Origin: Octopus vulgaris
Lineage: Eukaryota
Direction of reading: 5' to 3'
DNA length: 64,000 bases
NCBI GenBank assembly: GCA_951406725.2
Contig: OX597824.1
Coordinates: 30,070,001 to 30,134,000 of the forward strand
The notes beneath the pieces are model-generated. The model was not told the DNA's origin, searched no databases, and was given only the letters and a program-made list of their open reading frames with translations. Shown here piece after piece: positions 48,842 through 62,714 of this stretch. Position 1 is the stretch's first letter. Every line of letters begins with the position of its first letter. Made by a program: the position numbers and the translations under genes.

Positions 48842-50634
48842 GTAAGTATTATATCATTTCTTAAGAGCATATTTAATTATTGAGATTGTTTGTGGTGTTG
48901 CTTGACACTTTGCTGAGACGGTTTTATTTTGTGCGTGTCACTGAGAGTTGAAGTGGCAGAGTGTATTTATTGCCATATAAGTTCATCATAGCCATTTTTG
49001 TTTTGTTTTTTTTTTTTCTTTGTAATTTACATCATTAGTAAAACTATCTTTATAAACAAACAGCTGTTTGTTTTTGCTTTCAGAAAACCTCAATATTTAC
49101 ATGTTAAGCAGTTGTAGAGGCAATGAGAAAATATATATTACACATAACTAAAAGGATATATATATATATATATATAATATATAGTTATTTGTTTTTTAAT
49201 AAATAATTATGATGATGATGACATATTACCTATTTTAATGTAATGGAAAAGTAATCTCATGCATGTAATTATGCATCTCTTGTCAGTTGTTGCACAGTGT
49301 GATTGCAACTGAGTCATCTGTGCATGTGTGTGTATGCATGTGTGTTTGTCTGCTGGAATCTGTAATCAGGTGAGAGAGAAAGCGAGAGACTGAAGCTGTT
49401 GTTGTATTTCATTGAAGAGGAATCGCACTGGTTATTGAAATAGTAGTGAATGGTTTATTTGAGATGCGAAACGGGAAATAGAAAGACTGACAGCTCAAGA
49501 ATTCATTAGGCTATTTTCATTTTGTGTGGGAGATTTTTGTTGTTTTTTTTTTCCCTTAGATCCTTTTGATTTTTTTTTTTTTTTACCATTTTTAAAATAA
49601 ATTTTTTCATCTTTTCTTTTCTTGATTCTCTCCTGTCACTTTCTTCATCTCCCTTTCACTTTCCCCCCCGTTTCTACCCACCCCTTCACCTCCTAAATAC
49701 ATGAGAAGTTTCAGCAGTTAATTGCAAAATGAGAAACATCGTCCCTTTCCCTCTGGGCCCCTTAACCACATTGCCTGTCTGCCTGCACTGCTATCTCTTC
49801 TATTTCTTGTCTCTGTCATCTTGTCAGTTAACCCGATTCTACTCTAATTAAACCCCAACAACACAACATTAATATATTATCTCTACAATCTGTTTAACAC
49901 ACCTCCCAAACAAAATCCTTCTCGTGTTTTGTGTTTTCAGCATCTAATTGTAGTAGATGTGTGCACGTATGTGTGCGTGTATGTATGTACATGTTTTAGC
50001 ATGTGCATCCTCTTGCCTCTCCTCCCCACCCTCTTCTTCAGAATGTAATCTTAGTGCAAAGAAACTATTCAACATATTTAAAGAATTACCGAGAACGACA
50101 TTTGAAAGGTGAAAATTCTTGTATGATAATGCTTATAATGCTTATATTTTACAATTATTTGGCGAAGAACTATTCTTTCCTTATACCTTGGCATTGAAGA
50201 GGGTGATTAGAAAATGAGAAAAATCTATCTTTCATTGTTTATTAAAAGCTTCCAGACTTGGAAACAGAACTTCTCTAATGCTTGGTGTACCCAATAACCA
50301 TGCCTGGCTCATTTTGTTTCCTTCGTGTTGTCTTTGAATACTGGGAATGGAGAAGTGTGTGAAACTAACTAAAAGAAATTATGTAACGAATGCTACCAGT
50401 GTGACAATAATGACACTTAGCCTGATCTGCCACTATTATGATGTGAGGGCATTGATCATAGATCTGTTCATCCTACTTCAGGATCTTTTGAATATATCTA
50501 AAGGGCTTTCTTATTGCTTACTCTTACTTACATAAGTCCTAACTTTTCTCCACTGATTTCAACTCTGGCCCTCTTTTCTTCTTCTTTCCACTTGGATCTC
50601 TACTCATTCCTTTAGGATTTTGCTGCAGTGTCAT

Positions 50635-50912
50635 GTGTTTCCCTGAAGGAAAGCCTTCCCCTAGGTCTTGTTGGTTTTGAATTGTTATCAGTGCTTTAGT
50701 AAATTTGCTTTTTTTTTCTAGATAGGGATGTTGGCCCTACACCATTATTTTTTTTTACCCCTATGAGAAAGTGGTCCATTTTCGTTTGGCCTCTTTCCTT
50801 TGACCTTTCCAGAGCAGGAAGCCTTGCTAGGTGCTTGCATTCTGCTGGCACATTTCTGAGAGTCACTGAGGCACACAAGCCTCTGTACTGTTGTAACAAG
50901 AACTGGACTTTT
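50635..50912 (-). mobile_element. Old repeat resembling an RTE-type 5'UTR (copy 1)
   Basis: Aligns by eye to 57525-57795. The minus strand GGCTTGTGTGCCTCAGTGACTCTCAGA...GGAAAGGTCAAAGG resembles RTE/BovB 5' leader sequences (from recollection). Confidence 0.5.
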
Positions 50913-52543
50913 GGTGCTTATTGCTCATATACCCCTAAGAAATGCTGACCAATGAAACACTTGTCCCTTTTACTATGCTCTCACTGGCTATGATGCCTCT
51001 TAACAAATTGATGTTAATCAGAGAGATGTTTACTCTTTAAAACCACTACCTAGTGCTTGAGTACCTTTATCAGTTTTTTCTCTTTCCTTGTTTCTCTCTG
51101 AAAGAAGTACAATGTCCATGACTTGTTGCAGGATACCTCCAAAACTGAGAAAGGGGGAACCTCAGATCAGAAGCCTGGTGCAGAACTCTGTTTAACATAC
51201 CAAGGGCTAAGTGAGATGTTAGAGAGAGAGCAATGGATTGAATTTGCCTCCGAGTCCCATTTTGTGTTGTACATTTTTCTTCAATTTATATTTCATTTCG
51301 AAGGATAATCTCCTGTAGCTAAAGTAATTTTAATTTTTTAATTAGTCAACTTTACTTTTCATCCATTTGGGGTTGATAAAATAAGCACCAGCCAAACACT
51401 AGAGTCGATGTAATCAACTAGCCCCCTCCCCTCAAATTTTAGGCCTTGTGTCTGTCTGTCTGGAGGAAAGAATTTAATCAGAATAATTTGAAGTAAAAAC
51501 AGTTTCACTGTTTTGTTACTGGATATCAAGGAAGTACAAAATACTTGGAAATGTTGCAAATGCAATGTTGGAGTTTGTGTACGAGTTAAAAAAAAAATTG
51601 CAATCTGCTTTGTGTATGTGTGTGTGTTCCTCAATTCCAAAATTTAAAATATGTGAAGAATTGTTTTTGCGTTTGATATGTAAAACCCTTGTGTGATATC
51701 TGTAACATTGGTGATGGAATCAGAATAAATTGAGCCTAATTAATTTCATGAGAGAGAGAGAGAGAGAAAAAAAAAAAGAAAAGCGGAATGGCTTTTTTTT
51801 CTAGTTTGTAGCAGAGTATTTTGATATGTCTGATATTTTATAGTATTTCAATTGCAAAAAGAAACTCAGGCTTGTTGAAGCAAACCACTAAAATAAACAA
51901 ACAGGAGATTGGGCGGTGGTGGTAGTGGTGGGGTAGCTTTTGCTCCATCTGTGTATGTATAAGGATAAACACACAACCATACATACATACATGTATAAAA
52001 CACTAGACAAGTGATAGCCTTTAGGAAACCTACAGATTGAGTGTGTATTAATTAAATTGTTTTATCTCTGTATATCCAGTGAATCTGTTGTGCCGATTAG
52101 TCTATTGTAGCTTAAAACTATTGACTATCAAGATTATCGTGACAGTATAGGCTAGATATAACTCTTACTTCTGCTATACAACATTGATTTTATTCCTTAA
52201 CTTATTTTGTCAGCATAACCTGACAGTAGCTAAAATGATAAACTTTCCTCGCAGACTATACCAAACCAGTACAGACTCAGCTAAAAGCTACCTGGTTTTA
52301 GTAAAAGCTAATGGCTAAATGCTATGATGTTTGTGGTGAAAGTTATTAGAATAGGAAATGGTACTAGCTTTTCATGGGTGGTGTTTGATCAATGAATCTG
52401 TAGAATATCAAATTACCTTGTCCTGTTTGATTGTGTCCCTTCATGATTTGAGTTCAAATCTTGCCCAAGCTTAGTTCACTTTTCGTTCTTCTGGGGGCGG
52501 TAAACTAAATACTAGCCTCCAAGTATGGGGATTGATATAGTCA

Positions 52544-52897
52544 TGAGGAATATTTGAAGTCATCCTAATGAGACGTCTGCATTGGCTGGGTCATGCCCTC
52601 CGTCGTCAACCAGGAGAATTCATCTACGAAGTAATTGCCCCAGCTCCCCTTCAGGTTTGGTGAAAGCGATGTGGTGGACAACGAAAAACCTGGCTGATGA
52701 CAGTCAAGGCTGATCTGGAACCCAACCTAGGCCCCCATATCTACGGCGTTAGCCATTGGAATAAGGAGTGGTTGGAGATCACACGGTCGTTAGCCTCAAA
52801 TCGCCAGGCCTGGTCAGCGTTTGTGAGAGATTCAGCATTGAGGATGAATGAAGCCAGCTCAACTCACCCCCCCCGGTGAATGCTGTCAAGTCAAGTC
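52544..52897 (+). mobile_element. 5'-truncated RTE-clade LINE 3' end
   Basis: Translation RRLHWLGHALRRQPG...W*KRCGGQRKTWLMTVKADLEPNLGPHIYGVSHWNKEWLEITRSLASNRQAWSAFVRD shows the RTE hallmarks RLxWxGHxxR, GGQRKTW and AxNRxxW. It has a (CAAGT)n tail and an imperfect TSD, attgatatagtca / attgatagtca. Confidence 0.85.
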
Positions 52898-54389
52898 ATT
52901 GATAGTCAACTACATTCTAGAGTGGTGCCCCAACATGCCTCATCTCACCCTAATTCTTGAATGAAATTGCTTATGGAAAATACTTAAGTGCTTTTGTTTT
53001 CTTTGCGTATGTGTGTGTACATGTGTTTGCGTATTAAGGCACTGAGCCATTTTTTAAAAACTTTACATATGAAAGTAACTTCCTACCCCCCTTCCTTCTT
53101 TGTCATTTGGTGTGTGTTTGTCAGCCTGTGCACAAATAGTGAATGTTGTTCTTGGATGGAAAAAAAACCATGTGTCCTTGATGATGAAGTTGATATTTTT
53201 CTGGAAAGGTACAAGTTTTGTTGGTTTTGTGGCCCATGGGGAAGCAGCCTGTTGGAAGGGAATTTTTTTTATAACTCACTAACTTTTTATAGACCAATTG
53301 CAAAGGCACCATGTGTACTTTCCTGTGATTTCTACTTGTTATTCTATTAAATATGATATCCCTTTGTAGACACAGCTTGTGTACAACTGTCCTGGAGAAA
53401 GCTACAGTACAAGAGGTTCTTCTCATTGTTTTCTGCTAAATATAAATCCTAAGATTTGCAGTCGATTTGAGAGAGTTTATGTGACGTCTGTGCTATATTT
53501 CCATAGGCAACAGGAATGAAAATGAAATGAAGCTATGACTGAATTAAAACTGTGAACTCAGTGTGTCAAGAACTTAATCTTCTACTCACTCTTTTATAAG
53601 TCTTGCCATATTTATTGATGTTGAAATTATTACCAACTTGTCTGTTTCCTTCACATCCTCTCCCATTTATGTTAGTAAATCCTTCAGTTCCCCATCCAAG
53701 AAGCTATATGATTATCTTTTAATACAAAATCATGGAACTTACTTTGATATATCAGTACTTTAGTGCTTAGTAGAATGGGTTTTGAGGGTGAGGGTGGTGG
53801 TTTCTCTTTTGCTGAACTAGAGCTCTTAAATGACTCAGAAGGGTTATAAACTTTATCCCAGCTTAATGGTTTAAGTTTTTAATGTTGCCCCAATGTTAAT
53901 TCTTGCTTTTATCTGCTCTAATTGCCAACCCATTACAGAAAATGTTTATGAATAAAATAAAAATTTGACATTATGTTCTTGTATCTAAGACAGAAAATCA
54001 TTGTTGTTTTTCTAAGTGACATACCAGTAAGTTTTTAATCTGATCCCTCTCTCTTCATTTAAGATCTATCCAGTCATATTTTGCTACTTAGATATGTCAG
54101 CTATTAGCAAATGCATGTGTGTATGTGTTTATTGTTTGTTTTACATGTTGATCTTCTCTCAGCTGACAGATCAGTTGACTCTACAACTTATCTTTCTGAT
54201 GAGCCAGTGAGGAAGTTTCTGTGTGTTAGTCACTTGGCCTGCTCAATAAATTTACTATGCTTTAAAATGGAAAGGATAATATGTTTTAAGTCCTGAATCC
54301 TGGGATTTTAAACATCACTTTAAAATAATAACTAGAATTTTCATGAATCACTTAGTTGTACCAAAACCAATACACTAGTTATTTCTTTT

Positions 54390-54955
54390 ACCTTTTACTT
54401 ATTTCAGTCATTGGGCAGGGGCCATGCTGGGGGCATCACCATGAAGGATTTAGTCAAACAAATCAGCCCCATTATTTATTTTTAATGTCTGATACTTATT
54501 CTATTGGTCTTTTTTCCTCAACCACTATGTTACTGGGGCATAAACAAACCAACAGAGGTGGTCAAGTAGTGGTAGTGGGGTTACAAACACAGACATATAT
54601 GTATATACATACATACACATACGCACGCACGCACAATGGGCTTTCCACAGATCCTGTCTATCAAATTTTCTTACAAAGTATTGGTCAGCGCAGGGTCATA
54701 ATAGCATGCAGTGGAGTGGAACATGAGACCATGTGATCTCGGAGTTAGCTTCTTAACTACACAGTTATGCTTGCACACATACATATATGATGGGCTTCTT
54801 TTCAGTTTCCGTCCTCTTCCAAATCCACTCATAAGGCTTTGGTCAGCTCAAGGCTATAGGAGAAGACACTTGCTCAAAGTGTCACACAATGGGACAGGGC
54901 CTGGAACCATGTGGTTGAGAAGAAAACTTCTTACTACACACCAATGCTTGTGTCT
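54390..54955 (-). mobile_element. SINE family A, one diverged full copy plus a second head in tandem
   Basis: Family A motifs at 54390-54775 and again at 54790-54955. Confidence 0.7.
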
Positions 54956-55549
54956 GTAATATATGTATAGTTTTAAATATTTTTCACATTGGCTTATTTC
55001 TTATTCATTTTAAATATCATTTACCTTTTGACCTTATAATAATGAGCCTTGTACCTTCATCTTTTTCAAATCTTTCATTTTCATTTGTGATATATTTTAA
55101 TTTTCCTCTCTCTCTCTATCTATGTATCTCTCTCCTTTTGGCCTAAATACCTCAATAAAACAGTTAATCCTAAAACCTGTTAGATTCACTTCATTAATTT
55201 CTTACCTGGCCAGGGTTGTGGACTTTTTTTTCCACTTGCAGGTAGTTGTGTTTGGGAGTAGGCATGTTATCATTTGAAAAGTGTGAAATGGGTTGTTGTT
55301 TTTTTTTTTCCTTTTTGTTTTTTTCTTTTCTTTTCTCTTTTTTTTTTTTTTTTGGGGCTGGCTAACTGGGTATATCTGATTGTCTTTGTTGAGTGAGGAG
55401 GAGGAGGAACAGGGCATGGGAGAGAGAAAAGGAGCCACATGAGTGGTAGGTGCTGATAGAATGAATAGTAGTTATTACTACTACAAGGGGTGAGAAGGGG
55501 AGAGAGAGAGAGAGGGAGGTCCCTATTACCTTCTGCTTTGTTTGTGTCA

Positions 55550-55590
<41 letters not shown>

Positions 55591-56002
55591 CCCCCCTATC
55601 TCTCTCACACACAGGCACACACCTCATCAAATTCTCTTCAAAGTTGTACTGGGCATCTGCAAGAAATTCAGACAGGTCAAGTTAGCTTTCACTCCTTCTT
55701 CCAACGGTTTCTCCCTACTTCCCAGCTCCCAGCCCTCTGCAAGCCCGGCTCACTTTTTATTTTACTTTCATCTTGTTCTTATTTAAACAGGCTTAACAGA
55801 TCCTCAGGTGGCTTGGAGTATTTTTTTTTTCTTCATTGTTTTCATTTTTTTTTCTCTCCCCTTTTTGTGGAAGAGAGAGAAAGGAGGGCCAATAATGTTG
55901 GTTCTTGATACACATTCTCTTTATACTGCACCACCATCACCCCCCACCCCACCCCGACCTGGCCCTTTTTGTTTTCTTTCTCATTTATTGTATTGTTAGT
56001 CT

Positions 56003-56038
<36 letters not shown>

Positions 56039-57524
56039 TAATTAAAAAGAAATTTCACACCTGATGTTCAATCAAGTCTTGGTATGGCGGAATTTCTCAA
56101 AACCCTTCCAACGGAAGTACGAAGAACAATTTAAAAGACTAAAATGACACATACACACGTACACACACAAAAAGCAAAAAAAAGTAATTTAGTTTCGTCT
56201 TTTTTTTTTTAATGTAATATGCATCCTGTCACTTCACGTTTTAGACCCTGGACCTGCAACAACAACATATCACAACATTTCTTTCTTTGTTGGTTAGTTG
56301 GTTGCTTTGATTTGCTTGTTTGTATTTTTGTTCTGTGTTTTTTGGTAAAGAAAGAACGAAAGAAACTTGATGTGTCCTTCCTCGTTTCATGATTAAAGGA
56401 TCAAACATTTTTAAGATTTGTTGTTGTAACTTTGAAAAAAAAATTTCCAGTTAAAAAAAAATATAACAATTTAAAAAAAAAATGAAACAGCATAATTAAG
56501 TAGATTTACTACTACTACTACTGCAACACAGGGTTGTGATCTTTTATTATTTTTAAATCATCAGTGCAATGAATGCTTTAAAATAAAAAGTAGGAATAAA
56601 GTAACTGTGTAAGAAAACCAGTGATATTTCTGATGAGAGGAGAACAAAGGATATAACCATGGTTATTGTTATTGTTGTATATCCATAACACTCCTGTTTG
56701 AGCAAACCTATAGGGTAGAGGTAGTTTTTTTATTTTTTTTTATTAGCTACTAGTACTCCATAGGCCTGCCTTAGGAAACCTCTGGCCTCTTATGGAGTTA
56801 GTAACCCATATCATCATATATGTATATGCATTCTTAATTGGATATATTGCAAGAATAACTGGTATAGAAACTATACCAATGCTGATAGTGGCCCTCACTT
56901 CAGCCCTGTGGCTTACTGGAGCCTTCCAAACTGTTCAACTCATTCCAGCATAGAAACTGGATGTTAGATAATGATAATTACTACAATGCACACTTAGATA
57001 CACCAGTCTGTCTTCCTCAATGCACTGGTTTATTCGTCTTTCTCCAAGTTTTCTCTAAGCTCTATTGTGTTCTGTCATTCATGCACACTATCATTACACT
57101 GGCATTTGCAGAGCAATGCTCCCCTCTTTTTCTTTCCACCTTTTACACATCCTTTACATTCAGTGCCCCCTATTTTGACTGCCATGCATCAACACACTTC
57201 ATACACAAGCCTCATGCAATCTGTTCTTTACTTTTTGTTACCCACAAAGATAGATCCCTTAATATTTACCATTTCTTTGTTGTACTCCAGTTACTATACT
57301 TTCAGAATACCGTCCTCCACAGGAATTTAGCCTGCTAGGCAATAGAAGCTATCGACTATTTCTAGGATATTCTCTGAACAAGCCCATTGTTCCCTGTCAA
57401 GTATAGGCCATTGATGACTTTTCACTATTGTTCTCAAATCTGAGCTGTTTTTTCTGGTTGTTTCCAGTTCAATCCCTGCCTTTTCAACTCTGCTTCAGTA
57501 TCATGCCTGCCTCCAGCAATTTCA

Positions 57525-57795
57525 TTTGTTTCCCTGAGGGAAGGCCTTCCTCTCTCATGTCTTGTTGGTTTTGAATTATTGTCAATGCTTCTGTAACTTT
57601 CTTTTTATCTAGGTAAGGATGTTGGCCTTAGGCAAACCCATTCTTAGCTCTGGGAAGCTGTGGTCCATATCACTCTGGTTTCTTTCCTCTGACCTGTCCA
57701 TTATATGAAGCCCTATCAGGAATTTGTACTCTACTGGCAAAGCTTAGAGGGTCATTGAGGCATGCAAGCTACCACACTGCAACAAGAACTGGAGC
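57525..57795 (-). mobile_element. Old repeat resembling an RTE-type 5'UTR (copy 2)
   Basis: Shares TTTCCCTGA-GGAA-GCCTTCC, TCTTGTTGGTTTTGAATT, GGATGTTGGCC, GTGGTCCAT and AACAAGAACTGGA with 50635-50912. Confidence 0.5.
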
Positions 57796-58054
57796 TTGCA
57801 GGGGATGAGAGCTCTTACCATTAGTACACAGGAATTCCTTCTTTCAACCTCCCTTTCATTATTTACATCAGTTACATTCTGTAGTATACTTTATTGGCTT
57901 TCTACATATCAGTGTGGCCACTTCCCAGATGCCAGTAGAATCCTTTCTTCCCAATTAAAACTTTCATCATTGATAGATCTACTTTAAGACCTACTCTTAA
58001 TCTTAGATTTTGCTTCAGCTTTTTGAATTCCTTTCAATTAGGTTTTAATAGTTG

Positions 58055-58366
58055 TCGACATGGTTTTGGGTTCAGTCCCACTAAGCCATACCTTTGGCAA
58101 GTGTCTATTACTATAGCTTCAAGCATTGTGGGTGAATTTGATTACTGGAAATTGTGTGTGTGTGTGTGTTTGACTTCCACTCCACAACTTGACAATTGGT
58201 GTTATAATTATGTCCCTGTAACTTCAGTTTGGCAAAAGAGACCTATAGAATAAGTACCAAACTTTAAAAAAAATATGTACTGGGGTTATTTGTTCAATAG
58301 AAAAACCCTTAAAGGTGGTGCCCTAGAATGGCCACAGTCCAATGACTGAAACTAGTAAAAGATAAA
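58055..58366 (+). mobile_element. SINE family A copy (diverged)
   Basis: GGGTTCAGTCCCACT...GGCAAGTGTCT...CAATGACTGAAACTAGTAAAAGATAAAA. Confidence 0.75.
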
Positions 58367-59613
58367 ACATATATTCTTGTATTAATACATCTTCCATCTA
58401 ATAACAATTTCACATTAACATTTATTCCAACTTGGAACTTTTAAAATGCCTCATATTGCACAAGGCTATCAGTTTTTATTTATTATTGCATCTTTGTCCA
58501 ATAACTTATTTATTATATAAGGCTAATACTGGGCTTGGTTTTTTTTGTTTGTTATATTTTAAAAAAGTAATTGGATGAATAGCAAGATTTCATTAGCTTG
58601 TTAATTGACCTATTTTGTTTATTTTTTGTTTCTTCTGATTTTGTAAACTAATTCTTATGGACAGTTGAGTGCAGTTATAGAAATATGTGTGTACTGCATT
58701 TTTTTTAATTACTGTTTCTTTCCCAACTCTCCTTTTCTGGTTGTGTGTGTGTGTGTATAAGCATGTATGTATGCATATATTTATGTATACTATATGTTGG
58801 TGTTTGTATGTGCATACTTGTATATCATCATGTAATGTCCATTTGCAATGCTGGGATAGGTTGGATGGTTTGACAAAAGCTGGCAAGCTGGAGGGCCTTG
58901 TTGTCTGTTTTTGGCATGGTTTCCATACTTGGATGCTTTTCCTAACACCAACCATTTTACAGAGTATACCAGGTACTTTACTTCATGGCACCAGCACTGA
59001 TGGAGCCACCAAGTAACTTGCAAGACAAGAGAAAGTTCCCTCAGTCAAGAGGAATAGTGTTGAGAGAAGTGACTTTGTGCCAATAGATGAAAGGTTAAAA
59101 GAATAATGGACGGATAGCAATTGGTCTCTTACTGTAGCAGAGATACATGTGCGTATACAAATAGTGTGTAGATATATATATATATATGTTTTACGTGTGT
59201 GTGTGTGTGTGTATGCCTTTTGGTTTGTGATCACAAAATGAATGTGGCTATATTGATATTTCTGTGATGTCCAGGTTGACATGTAATGAGATATTCTATC
59301 CTACCTTTTTTTTTTTTTCTTTTTTTTTTCTTCAAAAACTTCTGTTTACAAAAATAGAGATTACAATTTTACCACACACATACTCAGAAAAGCCATTCAG
59401 ATTTTTGCTCAACCTTTCCTCCTAGTTTTTTGCTTTTGACATTTTGTGTGTGGAGAGGGGTGTATTTTCTTGGGGGGGTATTTCATGCTTAAAAGTACCG
59501 AGATCGTGATTCTAAGAAAAAGAAAACCATTTTTTTCTCAAAAAAATTTCAATGACAATTGCTTATGATAATTTTCTACTTTTAATTTTTGATCCTAAAT
59601 CAAAAGTAAGTTC

Positions 59614-59650
<37 letters not shown>

Positions 59651-59671
59651 GCATGTGTGTGTGCTATGTAT

Positions 59672-59819
59672 AGGTGCAGACATGGCCATGTGGCTGAGGA
59701 ACTTATTCCACAAACGTAGTATGGGGGTTCCTTCCTTACTGCACAGCACCTTGGGCAAGTGTCTTTTACTGTGACCCAAGCTGACTAATACTTAGTGGGT
59801 GACTTTGACAGAGAGAAAC

Positions 59820-59850
<31 letters not shown>

Positions 59851-60100
59851 ATGTATGTATGTATATATATATATATATATATAAAAAATGTGTCTATGTT
59901 TTGTCTTCTTCCCCCCATCTCCATCCAACAGTCAGCATTGGCTTATGTCCCCTGTCACTTAGTGGTTCATCAAAAGAAATTGATAGAATAAGTACTAGAC
60001 TTTAAAAATAAGTATTGAAGGTTAATTTGTTCAACTAAAACCTTTCGTGGTGGTGCTCCAGCATGGCTGCAATCCAATGATTGTAACAAGTAAAAGATAA
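59672..60100 (+). mobile_element. SINE family A copy (diverged, full length)
   Basis: GGTGCAGACATGGCC head, CACCTTGGGCAAGTGTCTT core, internal TA tract and AACAAGTAAAAGATAA tail. Confidence 0.75.
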
Positions 60101-60901
60101 AGTATATTTCTGATAATTTGGTGCAGACCCACTCAGTACGGTGAAGTCAAATTATAATTATCGTTGTAATTCCTCTAACTCTAATTTATCAAATAACTAA
60201 ATGTTGCATGGTTTAACTCTAGATTAAAACAACCTTATTATTTGCACCATACAATGCCTTATCCAACATAGTATTAATTAGGCACTGTGTGGAATCTCCT
60301 ATTTACCGTTTCGTTTATTCATTGATGTTGTTATTATTATTATTATTATTATTATTAGATTTTGTGGCAAATATCATTTAATGTTATTATAATACATGCT
60401 ATAAATTAAAATCCTATGGGGTTAACCTTAGTTCAAGGTCTTGTAACAGACATGTTTTTCAGGTTTAGAGTCAATTAAATTAGTAGTTTGTCAGCTATAT
60501 TTTCATTATACCAAAGTTAGAAATTATTATTAATTCTAAGTTTTAATTCTGCTGAGGTCGACTTTGCCTTTCATCCTTTCAGAGTCAACAAATTAAGTAC
60601 CAGTGAAACACTGGGGTCGATGTAATCAACTAGTCTATTCAAGCCTTGTGCTTTTAGTAAAGATTATTATTATTATTATTATATTTTAAAAAGACTGACA
60701 TAAGCCCTGTTTGTTTCACTGGACCCAGGTGTTGAGCCCAATCCTGGGCCAATGAATTTGTACCATTCAAATACGAATCACAAAATGAGAATTTGAATTT
60801 CTATGTATCACTTTTCATTTTGAACTCAACTAAGACAGGCATGCTGTCAAAATGTCATTCAACCAATTCCATCTATTGCAATCACATCCTGCTCTTTGTC
60901 T

Positions 60902-61091
60902 TACTCTTTTACTCTTTTACTTGTTTCAGTCATTTGACTGCAGCCATGCTGGAGCACTGCCTTTAATCGAGCAACTCGACCCCGGTACTTATTCTATCGG
61001 TCTCTTTTGCCGAATCGCTAAGTTTACGGGAACATAAACACACCAGCATTGGTCATCAAGCAATGCTAGGGGGACAAACACAGACACACTA

Positions 61092-61141
<50 letters not shown>

Positions 61142-61467
61142 GACAGGCTTCTTTCAGTTTCTGTCTACCAAATCCACTCACAAGGCATTGGTCGGCCCAA
61201 GGCTATAGCAGAAGACACTTGCCCAAGATGCCACACAGTGGGACTGAACCCGGAACTTAGCGGTTCGGCATAAGAGACAGATAGAATAAGTACTAGGCTT
61301 ACAAAGAATAAGTCCTGGGGTCGATTTGCTTGACTAAAGGCGGTGCTCCAGCATGGCCACAGTCAAATGACTAAAACAAGTAAGAGTAAGCCTCATTCTC
61401 CATCCATATCATGTCCAAATATTGTAGCTGTTTTATGTTCAGAGCAGCCAGATCTGGCCTCTTGCAC
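60902..61467 (-). mobile_element. Chimeric SINE family A insertion (minus-strand SINE fused to a copy of 62915-63128)
   Basis: The minus SINE 60902-61257 switches at 'aac' into a + strand SINE 3' half. That half continues into about 80 bp of flank nearly identical to 63050-63128. Confidence 0.75.
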
Positions 61468-62714
61468 CTGTCTTGTCTATTATTATTATTATTATTCATG
61501 ACCAGCAGTGATATAAGGATTGTAACCTGTTTCCTCAGTGATGTAACTCTGCAATCTGGTGGTAATGATTCCAAGTTGTTGGCTATTTAACTTCAGTTGT
61601 TCACTAAGGGCACTTGTGAAAGCAAAAGAAACGAAAAGAATTTTAAACAAGATTTCAGGTCTTGTTCCCATGTAACAACATCAACAGAAGGAAGTGATGT
61701 CAGACTGGACACATTAAATTATTAACATTGGTGTTTGATAAACCGCAGTTCTGAGTTGTATGTAACAGTCCCCTGGTCATCTTTATTAGTCACTTTCATA
61801 TAGTGGTGGTGTTGGTGGTGGTGGTTGTATACAGTGCATATTGGTGCTCAAACTCTAGAGTTAATTGCCTTCATTTACATCTCCTCATCACCTTTTGCAT
61901 AGACATGTGACTCTGAGAAAGAAATCAATAATGACAGGAATGGTAAAACATCATACTAAATAAATGATTTACCGTATTTATTTTTGGTACTCTACTCTCT
62001 GAGTTTAAAATAAATAAATAAATAAAGTAGTTTAATATGCTGAAAGCGGAGTGATGGAGATGGTGGGGTATCGGTTCACTTGATTGTAAACCTTTTCCTA
62101 CTCCTCCTCCTCCTCAGTGGAGATTTGGCCTGAAAGTCTTGTAAAAAAAAATATATATAAATAAAGTATAATCAATATTTTGCTAATGATAATTTCTCAC
62201 TTTTTTGAAAAATAGTTTAAAGCTAATAAATCACGTGAAAACGTTGTTCAATTTGTTGTGAATTTAAACATTTTAATTTGAACTTTAACCATAGTATTTA
62301 GAGACTGTGGTTGAAAAATTATATAAGTATTTCAGTATTTTCCAAACAAACATACTGGGCTATTGCCGTTTTGTCAAGCTATTCATTCCGCAAAGCTCTA
62401 ACAGGGCTTGAAGTTACTCGTGCAGCAAATAGGAGTGCCATAAATTGCATCACTGATGCTGCGGAAAGGACCACAAAGTGACTTTGGATAATGGGGGCAG
62501 ACGAGTGATTTGCTGTTGCTGCTGGGGTGCAATCTGGAGCTTGATCAACCCAATCTGGGTCAACTGGAAGATCCTAGAAACATCAGTGTTGATGCTTCCC
62601 AGAGGATCTGTGACATGTATCTTAGAACCAGAATGAAATTTAACTGAATTAGATACGCAGTTTTGTTTTGTTTAACAATTTATTGATAGCTGTAGAGCAG
62701 TAGGTTGGGCCCAT

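Noticed and set aside
55200-55225. U1 snRNA 5' end (CTTACCTGG)
   Set aside because: Similarity stops after about 10 nt. It is simply the complement of a splice-donor-like sequence.
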